Shown here: in pieces, positions 17,415 to 26,775 of the stretch
Position numbering within the stretch: the stretch's first letter is position 1
How the letters are laid out: the number at the start of each line of letters is the position of its first letter
DNA from: a virus
Taxonomy: Duplodnaviria > Caudoviricetes
Virus record (IMG/VR): IMGVR_UViG_3300034168_000130
Coordinates: 1 to 60,949 of that record
Length of the DNA stretch: 60,949 nt
Strand: one strand, 5' to 3'
Notes under the pieces: generated by a model
Database searches by the model: none
Told to the model about the DNA's origin: nothing
What the model saw: only the letters and a program-made list of their open reading frames with translations
Translations under genes and position numbers: made by a program

Positions 17415-17880
17415 AGTAAGGATATGTTTTTACAACTCAATCAGATTACAAGGCTGGCGTAAATATGTTATTGGTTTAATGCAATGGACTAAGCATACTC
17501 ATGTACATCTTGAGTTAAGGTTTAATGCATATAAACTAATATTAATTACTGTTGATGGATCAAAACCAAGGGTCGTAAGGTTGGGGCTAAACAAGAAATT
17601 ATTTGGTGTTGATCCTTATGCTCAGATATCCATGGGTATTATAAACCTAAGAGAAGATGCCTTTGAGTGGTTCTTAGCTTATCCTGAGACACATCACTGG
17701 GCTTTGATATGGTATCAAATCCTTAGATATTTTAATAAAGAAGATAAGATTAACATCCCACCCACATGCACAACATTCGTTATAGATTTTCTTAATGTAC
17801 ATCATAAGAATTTCCCAAGACTTTTTTCACCTAAACAATTATGGAGGTATCTTTATGATGGTAGTTATGATTGGAGGTAA
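17404..17880 (+). CDS. Putative permuted papain-like (NlpC/P60) protein
   Basis: HTHV near N-terminus, TCTTFV later, terminal SP-x-x-L: His-before-Cys order. Confidence 0.5.
   Translation: MKAEVRICFYNSIRLQGWRKYVIGLMQWTKHTHVHLELRFNAYKLILITVDGSKPRVVRLGLNKKLFGVDPYAQISMGIINLREDAFEWFLAYPETHHWALIWYQILRYFNKEDKINIPPTCTTFVIDFLNVHHKNFPRLFSPKQLWRYLYDGSYDWR
17575..17592 (+). promoter_or_regulatory. Possible weak phage promoter (variant)
   Basis: GTAAGGTTGGGGCTAAAC; exact 10-nt core, +1 not G. Confidence 0.35.
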
Positions 17881-18610
17881 GGCACGTGTTGGTAAAACAA
17901 CTGTGGCTAATTGGTTTAATAAATACTTATATGAAAAAGGATATTCACCTGTCAATCTTTCTTTTGCTGAGATACTGAAGAAGGAAGTTGAACTTACTGG
18001 ACTAACCAAGGAAAAGAATCCTGAAGAATATAGGATTGCTTGTCAACTACTTGGCTCTAGTAAGCGTAAAGAAGATCCTGATTACTGGGTAAAGAAGTTT
18101 GCTGAGAGATTAGCTACTATTAAATCACAGGATACTGATAACTTAGAAGTCAACCCTAAGCAGTGGCATGAGAAGTGTGTTATTGTAGATGACTGCAGGT
18201 ATTTAAATGAGGTTGGTTATGGTCGTAAGATTGGTGCACTAGAAGTTTTTGTTGCACACGGTACACGAAAGTTAATTGACCATACTGGTGAGTGGCGAAA
18301 CCATGAGTCAGAAGATATGGCAAACAAAATAGAAGAAGGTAATGTAGATTATCAAGAAATGTTTCACTACAGAGTATTAAATAATGACACTGAAGTTAAA
18401 TTTAAAACAAAATTAAATGAACTGTTTGATGATTGGCTTGAGTATTTACAAGATGACGACAAGTATCTATGTACTTGTGTTGCTTGTGTAGCACAACGAA
18501 ATGACATAGCAATCTCAAGTGATGCTATAGAAAATATAATTAAAGCTTTACATAAAGAGCTTAGAGAGGATGATGATGACAACGATGATGACGATAGAGA
18601 AGATGCCTGA
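17855..18610 (+). CDS. Deoxynucleoside monophosphate kinase
   Basis: GKARVGKTT P-loop, SFA..LK, R..Q..G, YWV, DDCRYLNE, HESE; start ATG 17855 after GGAGG. Confidence 0.85.
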   Translation: MMVVMIGGKARVGKTTVANWFNKYLYEKGYSPVNLSFAEILKKEVELTGLTKEKNPEEYRIACQLLGSSKRKEDPDYWVKKFAERLATIKSQDTDNLEVNPKQWHEKCVIVDDCRYLNEVGYGRKIGALEVFVAHGTRKLIDHTGEWRNHESEDMANKIEEGNVDYQEMFHYRVLNNDTEVKFKTKLNELFDDWLEYLQDDDKYLCTCVACVAQRNDIAISSDAIENIIKALHKELREDDDDNDDDDREDA

Positions 18611-19325
18611 GGTAGCTGTGCTAGATGGAGACATCATAGCCTATAAGGCTGCCTTCTGGGCAGAGACAGAGGGGGTTGACGAGCTTGAGAATCGTATCAT
18701 ACATGATATCAAAGCTTGGACACCTAAGGGTGTGGACAAGGTGTATGTAGCTGTGTCTTGCCCTAGGTCTGATAACTATAGGCGTAAGGTATGGGATGCA
18801 TACAAGAGACACAGGGATGATGGTAACCGTAAGGTACCTGAGTGCCTAGGTTTGGCACTTGAACTTGTAAGTAAGACTAACAAGTTGGAACTCCCTGCCT
18901 TGGAAGCTGATGACATTATGGGTATGATGTCTAGTGGGTTTAAGGCTGTCGCTGTAACCATAGACAAGGATCTCCGTTCAGTAAGGGGATGGCATTGGAA
19001 CCCCGACAAGGAAGAAGCACCTGTGTTGTTAGACGCTCAGACAGCTGAGTATAACTTCCATAAGCAATGGCTTATGGGTGATACGACCGATAACATTCCT
19101 GGAGTATGGAAGTGTGGACCTGTCAAAGCAAGTAAGATACTGGATTCAGTTCAACCCCAGTACTGGACTGAAGCTGTATTAGCTACCTATGATAAATCTG
19201 TGGGTGTTGATGGGTGTGCATATGGGTACGATTACGCTGTGAAAATGGCACAATGTGTGCGTATTCTCCGCAGTGGAGAGTATAATAAAGATACGAAACA
19301 ACCAATTCTATGGAAACCTTACTAA
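18603..19325 (+). CDS. 5'-3' exonuclease (T7 gp6-like)
   Basis: DGDIIAY, YK..R, LEADD, DKDL, GDTTDNIPG, GPVKA. Confidence 0.93.
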   Translation: MPEVAVLDGDIIAYKAAFWAETEGVDELENRIIHDIKAWTPKGVDKVYVAVSCPRSDNYRRKVWDAYKRHRDDGNRKVPECLGLALELVSKTNKLELPALEADDIMGMMSSGFKAVAVTIDKDLRSVRGWHWNPDKEEAPVLLDAQTAEYNFHKQWLMGDTTDNIPGVWKCGPVKASKILDSVQPQYWTEAVLATYDKSVGVDGCAYGYDYAVKMAQCVRILRSGEYNKDTKQPILWKPY

Positions 19326-19340
19326 TAGTTGGGGCTATAG
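19323..19340 (+). promoter_or_regulatory. Phage RNAP promoter (best match)
   Basis: TAATAGTTGGGGCTATAG aligns position-for-position with T7 TAATACGACTCACTATAG; at a gene boundary. Confidence 0.85.
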
Positions 19341-19361
19341 AATACAACCAAAGGGATACTG

Positions 19362-19871
19362 ATGATAAATAATAGTTATACTGCGGATACAAATACGTTT
19401 GGTTCACCAACAACACATGAAATTTATACCAACACTTATGTAGGTGATAAGGTAAGGATTGCCTTAGCTCCTACTGCGGTTGCCCCTGTATATCAGACAG
19501 CGGGGTCTGTTGGGTCAGACCTAAGTTGCCTAGATCGGGTTGCCTTGATGCCTAATCAACCTGTTATGGTTGACACAGGTGTCTTTATTGCTTTACCTCA
19601 GGGTACAGCAGGACTGGTTTACCTTCGGTCATCCCTTGCTTTACAAGGCATTGTCCTGTGTAATGGCGTAGGTGTTATTGATCCTGACTACCGTGGTACC
19701 ATCAAAATGTTACTTATGAATACCTGTGCTACAACAATCGTCTTTAACAAGGGTGATCGCCTAGCTCAATTGGTCATCACACCTGTTATCACCCCTCAGT
19801 TTACAGTAATGACAGAGTTAGACAACACAAATAGAGCTAGTGGTGGCTTTGGATCGACAGGTATATCATGA
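19362..19871 (+). CDS. dut: Trimeric dUTPase
   Basis: AGSVGSDL, RSSLA, GVIDPDYRG, GDRLAQL, RASGGFGSTG. Confidence 0.95.
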   Translation: MINNSYTADTNTFGSPTTHEIYTNTYVGDKVRIALAPTAVAPVYQTAGSVGSDLSCLDRVALMPNQPVMVDTGVFIALPQGTAGLVYLRSSLALQGIVLCNGVGVIDPDYRGTIKMLLMNTCATTIVFNKGDRLAQLVITPVITPQFTVMTELDNTNRASGGFGSTGIS

Positions 19872-21742
19872 ATACCTTTCAAGAGTTCATTGCCCTTAGT
19901 CGCTATAGTCGTTGGATGCCCGAACAGGGAAGACGAGAGACTTGGGAAGAGACTGTGGATAGGTGGTGGGATTACTTTACAACGAAAGCTCCTGCTCTTG
20001 CTGAGAGATCTGATATCAAGTATGCTATTTTAAACCTTGAAGTCCTCCCCAGTATGCGTGGTCTTATGACTGCGGGTCCTGCGTTGGACAAGGATAACAC
20101 AGCTCTGTACAATTGTGCTTACATGGAAATCAATACACCATCCTCATTCAGTGAGTTGATGTATATCCTTATGTGTGGCACAGGAGTAGGATACACAGTT
20201 GAAGGACGATGCATCCATCAGTTACCTGTTGTACCTAATGTGATTACCAAAGATTGGGATAACGTTATCTATGTGGCTGACTCAAGGGAAGGTTGGTGTG
20301 ACGCACTGCGTACACTGATCGACAATCTTTACAATGGTATTCACCCTAAGTGGGATGTCTCCCTTGTACGTGGATCGGGTGTTCGCCTCAAGACCTTTGG
20401 TGGTCGGGCAAGTGGACCTGCTCCCCTAGAAGAAGTGTTTCGATATGTAACACAAACTTTCTATAAGGCTAAGGGACGTAATCTTACGGCTCTTGAATGC
20501 CACGACATCTGTTGCAAGATTGCACAGTCTGTCATTGTGGGTGGTGTGCGACGATCAGCTATGATCTCGCTCAGCGACCTCAGTGACCGTGAGATGGCTA
20601 CTTGCAAGTCAGGGGCATGGTGGGAAGCCTCCAGTCACAGATCGCTTGCAAACAACTCTGCGGTCTATAATGACCGCCCAAGCATGGGACAGTTCATGGA
20701 AGAGTGGACTGACTTATACAACTCTCATAGTGGTGAGCGTGGTATTGTTAATCGTAAAGCTATGACTGATTTAGCACACAAGGCAGGACGAGATACTAAG
20801 TATTCCTTAGGAACTAATCCTTGCTCTGAGATTATCCTTCGACCTATGCAGTTCTGTAACTTGTCTACCGTAGTAGTACGTGAGACAGATACAATTGAAA
20901 CACTCAACAGGAAGATTGAACAAGCTACTGTTATTGGAACAGTTCAAAGTATGTTCACTTATTTTCCATATCTCAAGCCTGAGTGGAAGAAGAACTGTGC
21001 AGAGGAACGATTGCTTGGTGTGTCAATGACTGGTATCTTTGATAACAAGTTGATGTCAGGTAAGGAAGGTTCAGCTAAGCTTAAGTACACTTTAGAGGTG
21101 CTTAAGGAGACAGCTGAATACACTAACCTTACTTGGTCCAATCGACTTGGCATTGAGCCTAGTAAGTCTATCTGTTGTATCAAGCCTGAGGGTACTACTA
21201 GTTGCCTTGCTAACTCATCGAGTGGGCTGCATCCTCGGTACTCTGAGTTCTACTTCAGACGTGTACGCATTGACAAGAAGGATCCTTTGTATCAGCTTAT
21301 GAAAGATCAGAACATTCTTGTAGAAGATTGTGTAGTTAATCCTGCGTCTACTGCGGTGCTTACGTTTCCTCAGAAAGCTCCAGTAGATACAACAACCTCC
21401 CTCAGCCTTGGTGCTATGGAACATCTGAAGTTATGGATGGACTATCAACAATACTACTGCCACCATAAACCTAGTATCACGGTATCCTATACTGAGGATG
21501 AGTTTCTTGAAGTAGGTAATTGGGTATGGAAAAACTTTGATAAGATTAGTGGTATTGCTTTTCTGCCTAAGTCTGATCACACCTATGCTCAAGCTCCCTT
21601 TGAAACCATTGATGCTAGGACATACAACATGACACCAAAGATTGCAGTTGATTTCTCTCAACTGATGAACTATGAAATGACTGATTCAACAACATCATCA
21701 CATGATCTAGCTTGTTCGGCTGGAGGATGTGAGTTAAAATAA
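19868..21742 (+). CDS. nrdJ: Class II (adenosylcobalamin-dependent) ribonucleotide reductase
   Basis: YSRW, YNC, GTGVG, VGGVRRSA, TNPCSE, FCNL, KPEGT, terminal CSAGGC; no small subunit gene. Confidence 0.92.
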   Translation: MNTFQEFIALSRYSRWMPEQGRRETWEETVDRWWDYFTTKAPALAERSDIKYAILNLEVLPSMRGLMTAGPALDKDNTALYNCAYMEINTPSSFSELMYILMCGTGVGYTVEGRCIHQLPVVPNVITKDWDNVIYVADSREGWCDALRTLIDNLYNGIHPKWDVSLVRGSGVRLKTFGGRASGPAPLEEVFRYVTQTFYKAKGRNLTALECHDICCKIAQSVIVGGVRRSAMISLSDLSDREMATCKSGAWWEASSHRSLANNSAVYNDRPSMGQFMEEWTDLYNSHSGERGIVNRKAMTDLAHKAGRDTKYSLGTNPCSEIILRPMQFCNLSTVVVRETDTIETLNRKIEQATVIGTVQSMFTYFPYLKPEWKKNCAEERLLGVSMTGIFDNKLMSGKEGSAKLKYTLEVLKETAEYTNLTWSNRLGIEPSKSICCIKPEGTTSCLANSSSGLHPRYSEFYFRRVRIDKKDPLYQLMKDQNILVEDCVVNPASTAVLTFPQKAPVDTTTSLSLGAMEHLKLWMDYQQYYCHHKPSITVSYTEDEFLEVGNWVWKNFDKISGIAFLPKSDHTYAQAPFETIDARTYNMTPKIAVDFSQLMNYEMTDSTTSSHDLACSAGGCELK

Positions 21743-21749
21743 GGAACAT

Positions 21750-22718
21750 ATGGCTATTAAGTATAATATGTATGGGTCGCCCCAAATCTATGGGGCACCC
21801 CAAGTGCAGGCGGCTAAAGATCGCAAGTATAAACAAGCATATGACGCTAAAGTATTAAAAAATAAAAATGCTATGGATCTTTTGCTAAAGGCTTATACAG
21901 CTAATATTGAAAAAAACAAAGTTGTTACAGCAACTAGAGAAGTTGGTATGAAGAATGATATATATGATGAATTCTTTGCTGATACTTCTAGTATTAAGAT
22001 CACCCGCAGAGAGACTACGGGTAATGATCTGCTGTTAGGTGCTCAGACTGCTGAAGAACTACTGCAGATTGCGGGGGTTAAAAAACCTACGGTTAAAAAC
22101 CAACAAGCAGCATATAATACTCAATTGACTGCTGCTACTGACTTGATTAATCAAGCTAAGGCAGCCAATAAATTGGGTGGTAATACTATGTTTGATATTA
22201 ATAATTCTAATAGTGTAACTAAAACTACGGCTGCACAAACAACAGCAGCTGCAACACCTATTACCTATTCCTTTGATAAATATGCCTCAGGTATTAATGA
22301 TGCTCTTACTAAAAAATATTCAGCTCTTGGTGAATTACAACGAGGTGGACTTCAAAATCAAACAGCTACTACAGCTGATGATGAGGCTGTTTTGTTTAAA
22401 ACAAATGCAGCTTATTCAGTTCAGTCTGAGTTTGATGCCATATCAAAAAACTTTAAAAGTACTACGGATCAAATAAATACAGAATTCACTAAATATAATC
22501 AAGATCAAAAAAGAATTGGTATGTATCAGACAGCCTCTTTAAGTGAAGATCAGATGTATAAAAAAATTATAAGTGATATTGAGTCTTCTTACACTACATT
22601 TAATTCAAAAAAAGAAAAAGAATATGTTGGAGATACATATATGAATCCATCTGTTGTTAATAAAAACACAACAAGAGAAGATTATATTAAAACACTTCCA
22701 ACAATAATAACACCATGA
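21750..22718 (+). CDS. Hypothetical protein (AT-rich, T/A/N/K-rich)
   Basis: 322-aa ORF, TAAGGA RBS. Confidence 0.7.
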   Translation: MAIKYNMYGSPQIYGAPQVQAAKDRKYKQAYDAKVLKNKNAMDLLLKAYTANIEKNKVVTATREVGMKNDIYDEFFADTSSIKITRRETTGNDLLLGAQTAEELLQIAGVKKPTVKNQQAAYNTQLTAATDLINQAKAANKLGGNTMFDINNSNSVTKTTAAQTTAAATPITYSFDKYASGINDALTKKYSALGELQRGGLQNQTATTADDEAVLFKTNAAYSVQSEFDAISKNFKSTTDQINTEFTKYNQDQKRIGMYQTASLSEDQMYKKIISDIESSYTTFNSKKEKEYVGDTYMNPSVVNKNTTREDYIKTLPTIITP

Positions 22719-22930
22719 GTATATTAGATAATTTTAAACTACGGTTAAACACAAACATAGCAACATTGACTCAATCTGATATTAGATTAATGTTCAAAGA
22801 TCTATATGAACAGGTTGGACAATTACAAACAGAGGTATTAAAACTACAAAATGAAACAAGAGACCTTCCCAAGGATCGAACTAAGGTTGATCGAGTTGCT
22901 CGACGAGATGTACCCAGTACTGGCATATGA
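22715..22930 (+). CDS. Hypothetical coiled-coil protein
   Basis: ATGA overlap; heptad segment. Confidence 0.55.
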   Translation: MSILDNFKLRLNTNIATLTQSDIRLMFKDLYEQVGQLQTEVLKLQNETRDLPKDRTKVDRVARRDVPSTGI

Positions 22931-23057
22931 TCCTGAGATTTCAACAGAAACATTTGCACGACGATCTGCTTTTAGAGCTGGTCAAATAGAATTGATTAAT
23001 AAACTAAAAGCAATATACAACAAACAAAAAGAAAGTGGTGGTATTTATGGGAGGTAG
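22851..23057 (+). CDS. Hypothetical protein (gp6.5-like position)
   Basis: L..L...YP..AGQ...I..L pattern of small genes preceding T7-like portals; GAGG RBS. Confidence 0.65.
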   Translation: MKQETFPRIELRLIELLDEMYPVLAYDPEISTETFARRSAFRAGQIELINKLKAIYNKQKESGGIYGR

Positions 23058-23388
23058 TCCTAAGATTGATGGTGGTATGACCTTAGCAGATCAGTCTAAG
23101 CTTATGGCTGATGAACGAGCATTTCAAAAAGAACAAGAAACTGAACGCCGTATCGCTGCCGAAGCAACTGAAGCTCGACGAGTTCAACGAGAAGCCGCAG
23201 ATAGAGAACGAATTAAGCGTGAGGAAAACGCTGCTGTTATGCAAGCAACCCAAGCTGAGCAAGCAGCCATTGATGAAGCTGCTGCTCAAACAGAAGCAGA
23301 ACAAAAAGGAACTATTGGTGCTTCTAATAAAACATCATTAGATTTTCTTGGTTCTTTATATACTGGTGTAAACATTAACAAGTTATAA
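23047..23388 (+). CDS. Putative virion assembly protein (gp6.7/7.3-like position)
   Basis: MGG-x-PK start, A/E/Q/R-rich helix, immediately before portal. Confidence 0.55.
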   Translation: MGGSPKIDGGMTLADQSKLMADERAFQKEQETERRIAAEATEARRVQREAADRERIKREENAAVMQATQAEQAAIDEAAAQTEAEQKGTIGASNKTSLDFLGSLYTGVNINKL

Positions 23389-23395
23389 GGACAAT

Positions 23396-25003
23396 ATGAA
23401 ATATACATTAGCCGATAGATTTTCACAACTACATTCTGCTCGTCAGTCTAAGTTAGTTCGCTCACGCTATTGTGCAGCCCTAACCATCCCCAGTCTGTTA
23501 CCACCTGAAGGGTGGACTGAGGAGATGTTGTTGCCATCTCCGTTCTCCTCGGTGGGATCACGTGGTGTTACCAGTCTTGCCAGTCGAATGCTATCAGCTA
23601 TGATTCCTGTGAATGATACTCCTTTCTTTAAGTTTAATCTTAAGTCTGGAGTAGAACCAACAAATGAAATCAATTCATATCTTGAAACTATGAGTTATCA
23701 GGTATACCGAAAGCTTGCAGCTTCTAATTTAAGAGAAGTTGTATATCAAGCTATCCAATCTTTGGTTGTTGTTGGAGATTCCTTGGTACATATAGAAGAT
23801 GACTATAGGTTTAGAACAACAAGATTAGATCATTATGTTGTTCAACGAGCTGTGGATGGGACTGTGCAAGAGATTATCTATGTAGAATATGAATTGACAG
23901 ACCCTGATGTTATCAGTAACAATGCTTATATTCCAACAACCAATAAGTTAGGATATGAAAAACAATTTTGTCAGTTGGTACGTAACAAAAAAGATATGTG
24001 GGATTATAAAAAAGAAGATGCAGATGGTAATGAACTTTCTAAAGGAACGTATGAAGTATGTCCATGTACAGCTTTACGTTGGTACGGGGTGGCTGGTGAG
24101 AACTATGGGCGATCTCATAGTGAGGATACCTTAGGTGACCTCCAGTCGTTAGACAGTTACACAAAGGCTATGCTTGATGGTATGGCAGCAGCTACGGCTT
24201 TCTGGATGTGCCTTGACCCAAGTGGTATCACTGAGATTGATGACATCTCAAACCAATCTAATGGCTCTTGGGTTCCTGCTAGGAAGGAAGATGTGTTTGT
24301 ATTGTCTCCTAGTCAAACAATGAATCCTCAGATTGCTGCTGCTCAAGCAGCGGTAGAAACAATGAGACGAGAGATTGGTCAAGCATTCTTAATGACTGCT
24401 GCTGCCCTGCCTAGTGGAGATCGGGTAACAGCTACAGCTGTGCGTATGATTGGTTCTGAATTAGAAACAGTTCTTGGTGGTGCCTTTGGTGCTATTGCAA
24501 GAGACTTAATGGAACCAATTATTAAACGAGTGATCTTCCTAATGATTGAAGATAATCAACTAGACAAGAGAATGTACAATCAATTCTTTAATAAGGATGG
24601 TACTTTAACTGTTGAAGTTGTTACAGGTCTACAAGCTTTATCACGGGATACTGATTTACAGAAGCTGATGCAAATGGGTGAGATGGTGCGTAACCTACCG
24701 CCTGAGGCACTACAAGCATTCAAGTGGGAAGAGTATGCCAAGGCTTTGATCTCGTCTCTTGGATTTGATTCCCGTAACTGGGTTATCTCTGAAGAAGAGA
24801 AGAATCAAAAGATCCAAGAAGAGCAAGCTAGACAAGCTCAAGCAATGGCTCAGCAACAATCTCAGGCTGCTTCTACTCAAGTCATAGCTGCTGCAGGAGC
24901 TAAGGCTGCTGAAATGGATATACAACAAAATGGTGGACAAGGTATAGCTAATGTCTTACAAAATTCGGGGGCTGATATGTCAGCTTTCCAAGGAATGCAA
25001 TAA
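23396..25003 (+). CDS. Portal / head-tail connector (gp8-like)
   Basis: TIPSL, GSRGVTSLASRM, PFF, GENYGRS, RVTATAV, TGLQALSR. Confidence 0.95.
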   Translation: MKYTLADRFSQLHSARQSKLVRSRYCAALTIPSLLPPEGWTEEMLLPSPFSSVGSRGVTSLASRMLSAMIPVNDTPFFKFNLKSGVEPTNEINSYLETMSYQVYRKLAASNLREVVYQAIQSLVVVGDSLVHIEDDYRFRTTRLDHYVVQRAVDGTVQEIIYVEYELTDPDVISNNAYIPTTNKLGYEKQFCQLVRNKKDMWDYKKEDADGNELSKGTYEVCPCTALRWYGVAGENYGRSHSEDTLGDLQSLDSYTKAMLDGMAAATAFWMCLDPSGITEIDDISNQSNGSWVPARKEDVFVLSPSQTMNPQIAAAQAAVETMRREIGQAFLMTAAALPSGDRVTATAVRMIGSELETVLGGAFGAIARDLMEPIIKRVIFLMIEDNQLDKRMYNQFFNKDGTLTVEVVTGLQALSRDTDLQKLMQMGEMVRNLPPEALQAFKWEEYAKALISSLGFDSRNWVISEEEKNQKIQEEQARQAQAMAQQQSQAASTQVIAAAGAKAAEMDIQQNGGQGIANVLQNSGADMSAFQGMQ

Positions 25004-25050
25004 TTATGGCTAAAAAAACAAAGTGGAAATAATCCAAGAAAGAAATACAA

Positions 25051-25581
25051 ATGATTCACACACACACAATGTCTCAAACAAAGCAAATGAAAGAGGATAT
25101 GTTTATTGGTGCTTCCACTAATTTTACATCTGTCGCTTCTTATGTTGAACATGTTAGTTTAACAAGTATGGCAAATGACAGTACTAGTTTATTTATTCCC
25201 TCAGGTCCATATACACATGTAAGAATACATCCTCTTTTAGCAGTATATGGATCTGGTAGTGGCATACGTGTAACAGGTTGGTCTAAGCTGAGTGGTACAA
25301 ATACTTACTACCCAACACTGTTGTTTGCAGGTGCAATTGCAGGAGTTCAGGCTACTTCTATGATAACAAACAACACTGTTAACCTTAAGGGTGTACATGG
25401 TATCACAGTAACAGCGGGTTTTGGTGCAAATACACTGATTAATAACTCTGCTAACTTATCAGTAGCATCAATAGTTGTTCCATCATTTGGATCTTCTTTT
25501 TTAGAAGTAGATTTTTTAGTATCAACTACTGGTGTTGCAAATAATTGCAATATTCTTTATAGTTATTGTTCTATTGGTTGA
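25051..25581 (+). CDS. Hypothetical beta-rich protein between portal and scaffold
   Basis: 176-aa S/T/G/V-rich ORF. Confidence 0.65.
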   Translation: MIHTHTMSQTKQMKEDMFIGASTNFTSVASYVEHVSLTSMANDSTSLFIPSGPYTHVRIHPLLAVYGSGSGIRVTGWSKLSGTNTYYPTLLFAGAIAGVQATSMITNNTVNLKGVHGITVTAGFGANTLINNSANLSVASIVVPSFGSSFLEVDFLVSTTGVANNCNILYSYCSIG

Positions 25582-25630
25582 TGGTGTAACTCTACACTAT
25601 CACATGGTTAATTCAACGAAAGGTTACTAA

Positions 25631-26590
25631 ATGGTTAATGACGAGACTCCAGAATTTGCATATCAAGCTGAAGAACCTGTTCCTCAGGCTCAGGTTGATC
25701 TAGCAGCTTCGGAACAATCCCTAGTGTCATCTCCCGCAGATGCTGTTAATGCTAAGGAGCGGATTGCTTTTGCTGCATACGTTAAGAATCAAGGCGATAC
25801 TATTCCTCCCAACTTCAAGGATGCAGGGGCTTGGTTTGATTCGCTTAAGAATGCTCAGAAAGAATACACACAATCTCGACAAGAGATTGCTGCGTTAAAG
25901 ACTAAGTACAAGGAAGATGGTGGGGCTAACCCTAGCTTTGCAGAAGCACCCCCAGCTATTACTCCTAAGGTAGAAAAACCTGTAGTTGGTAAGGAAGAAC
26001 TCAGGATTCCTGATGCTCCCGCAATCACACCAACCCCCACGGCTGTTGATTCAGTTGTCAGTCAGGATGATTGGAAAGCTTGGACTGTTGAGTATGCAAC
26101 TAAGGGAACCCTTAGTGCAGAGACACAGGAAGTGATTAAGACAAAGACAAAGCTTCCAGACTTTGTGATCAATGAATACATGGCAGGTCAGAAGGCTAAG
26201 ATTGAAGTTGCCTATGCAAAGGCAGCTGAGGTTATTGGTGGTAAGGATAAACTTACAACCCTGTTTACTTGGGCAAGCCAGAACTTGTCAAAGCCTGAGC
26301 AAGAGAATATGAATGCCTCCTTAGCATCCCCTAACTGGGAGATTGCTTTGTTGGGGCTAAACAGTAAATACGATAAAATGAATCCTAATAACAAACAGGG
26401 TGAGCCTGTTGTTAGTGCAACCGCAGCAAAAGTACCAGTTGCATCGACTCAAGTTCCTAATCAACCTTATCGCACAAAGCGAGAGTTTGCTAATGAACGA
26501 AACAATCCTAGGTTCCAGACGGATATTAAGTATCGTCAAGCTGTGGAACAAAGGATGATGAAAACAGATTTTAATAAACTACAAGCATAA
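25631..26590 (+). CDS. Capsid scaffolding protein (gp9-like)
   Basis: Acidic N-terminus, IGG....L..WA..NL, terminal NPRFQTDIKYRQAVE; precedes capsid. Confidence 0.88.
   Translation: MVNDETPEFAYQAEEPVPQAQVDLAASEQSLVSSPADAVNAKERIAFAAYVKNQGDTIPPNFKDAGAWFDSLKNAQKEYTQSRQEIAALKTKYKEDGGANPSFAEAPPAITPKVEKPVVGKEELRIPDAPAITPTPTAVDSVVSQDDWKAWTVEYATKGTLSAETQEVIKTKTKLPDFVINEYMAGQKAKIEVAYAKAAEVIGGKDKLTTLFTWASQNLSKPEQENMNASLASPNWEIALLGLNSKYDKMNPNNKQGEPVVSATAAKVPVASTQVPNQPYRTKREFANERNNPRFQTDIKYRQAVEQRMMKTDFNKLQA
26345..26362 (+). promoter_or_regulatory. Possible phage promoter variant upstream of capsid gene
   Basis: GCTTTGTTGGGGCTAAAC; exact core, degenerate flanks. Confidence 0.35.
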
Positions 26591-26775
26591 CTCAATTCAA
26601 GACTGAGAGTTAGCTTAGGTCTAGTAGGTAATAGAAAAACCCCCTTAGGGCAATGGTTATCTACCCTGCTAGATCACACTCAACATTAACTCCCTAAACA
26701 GGAATACTTAATGGGGTATGTAACAAACATTGTCTTACATGGTAAGAAAACAATTTTATTTTGGAGATTATAATT
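26591..26775 (+). promoter_or_regulatory. Structured leader of the major capsid gene
   Basis: ggtctagtagg(26618)/cctgctagatc(26665) and gagttag(26607)/ttaactc(26686) nested stems. Confidence 0.45.
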
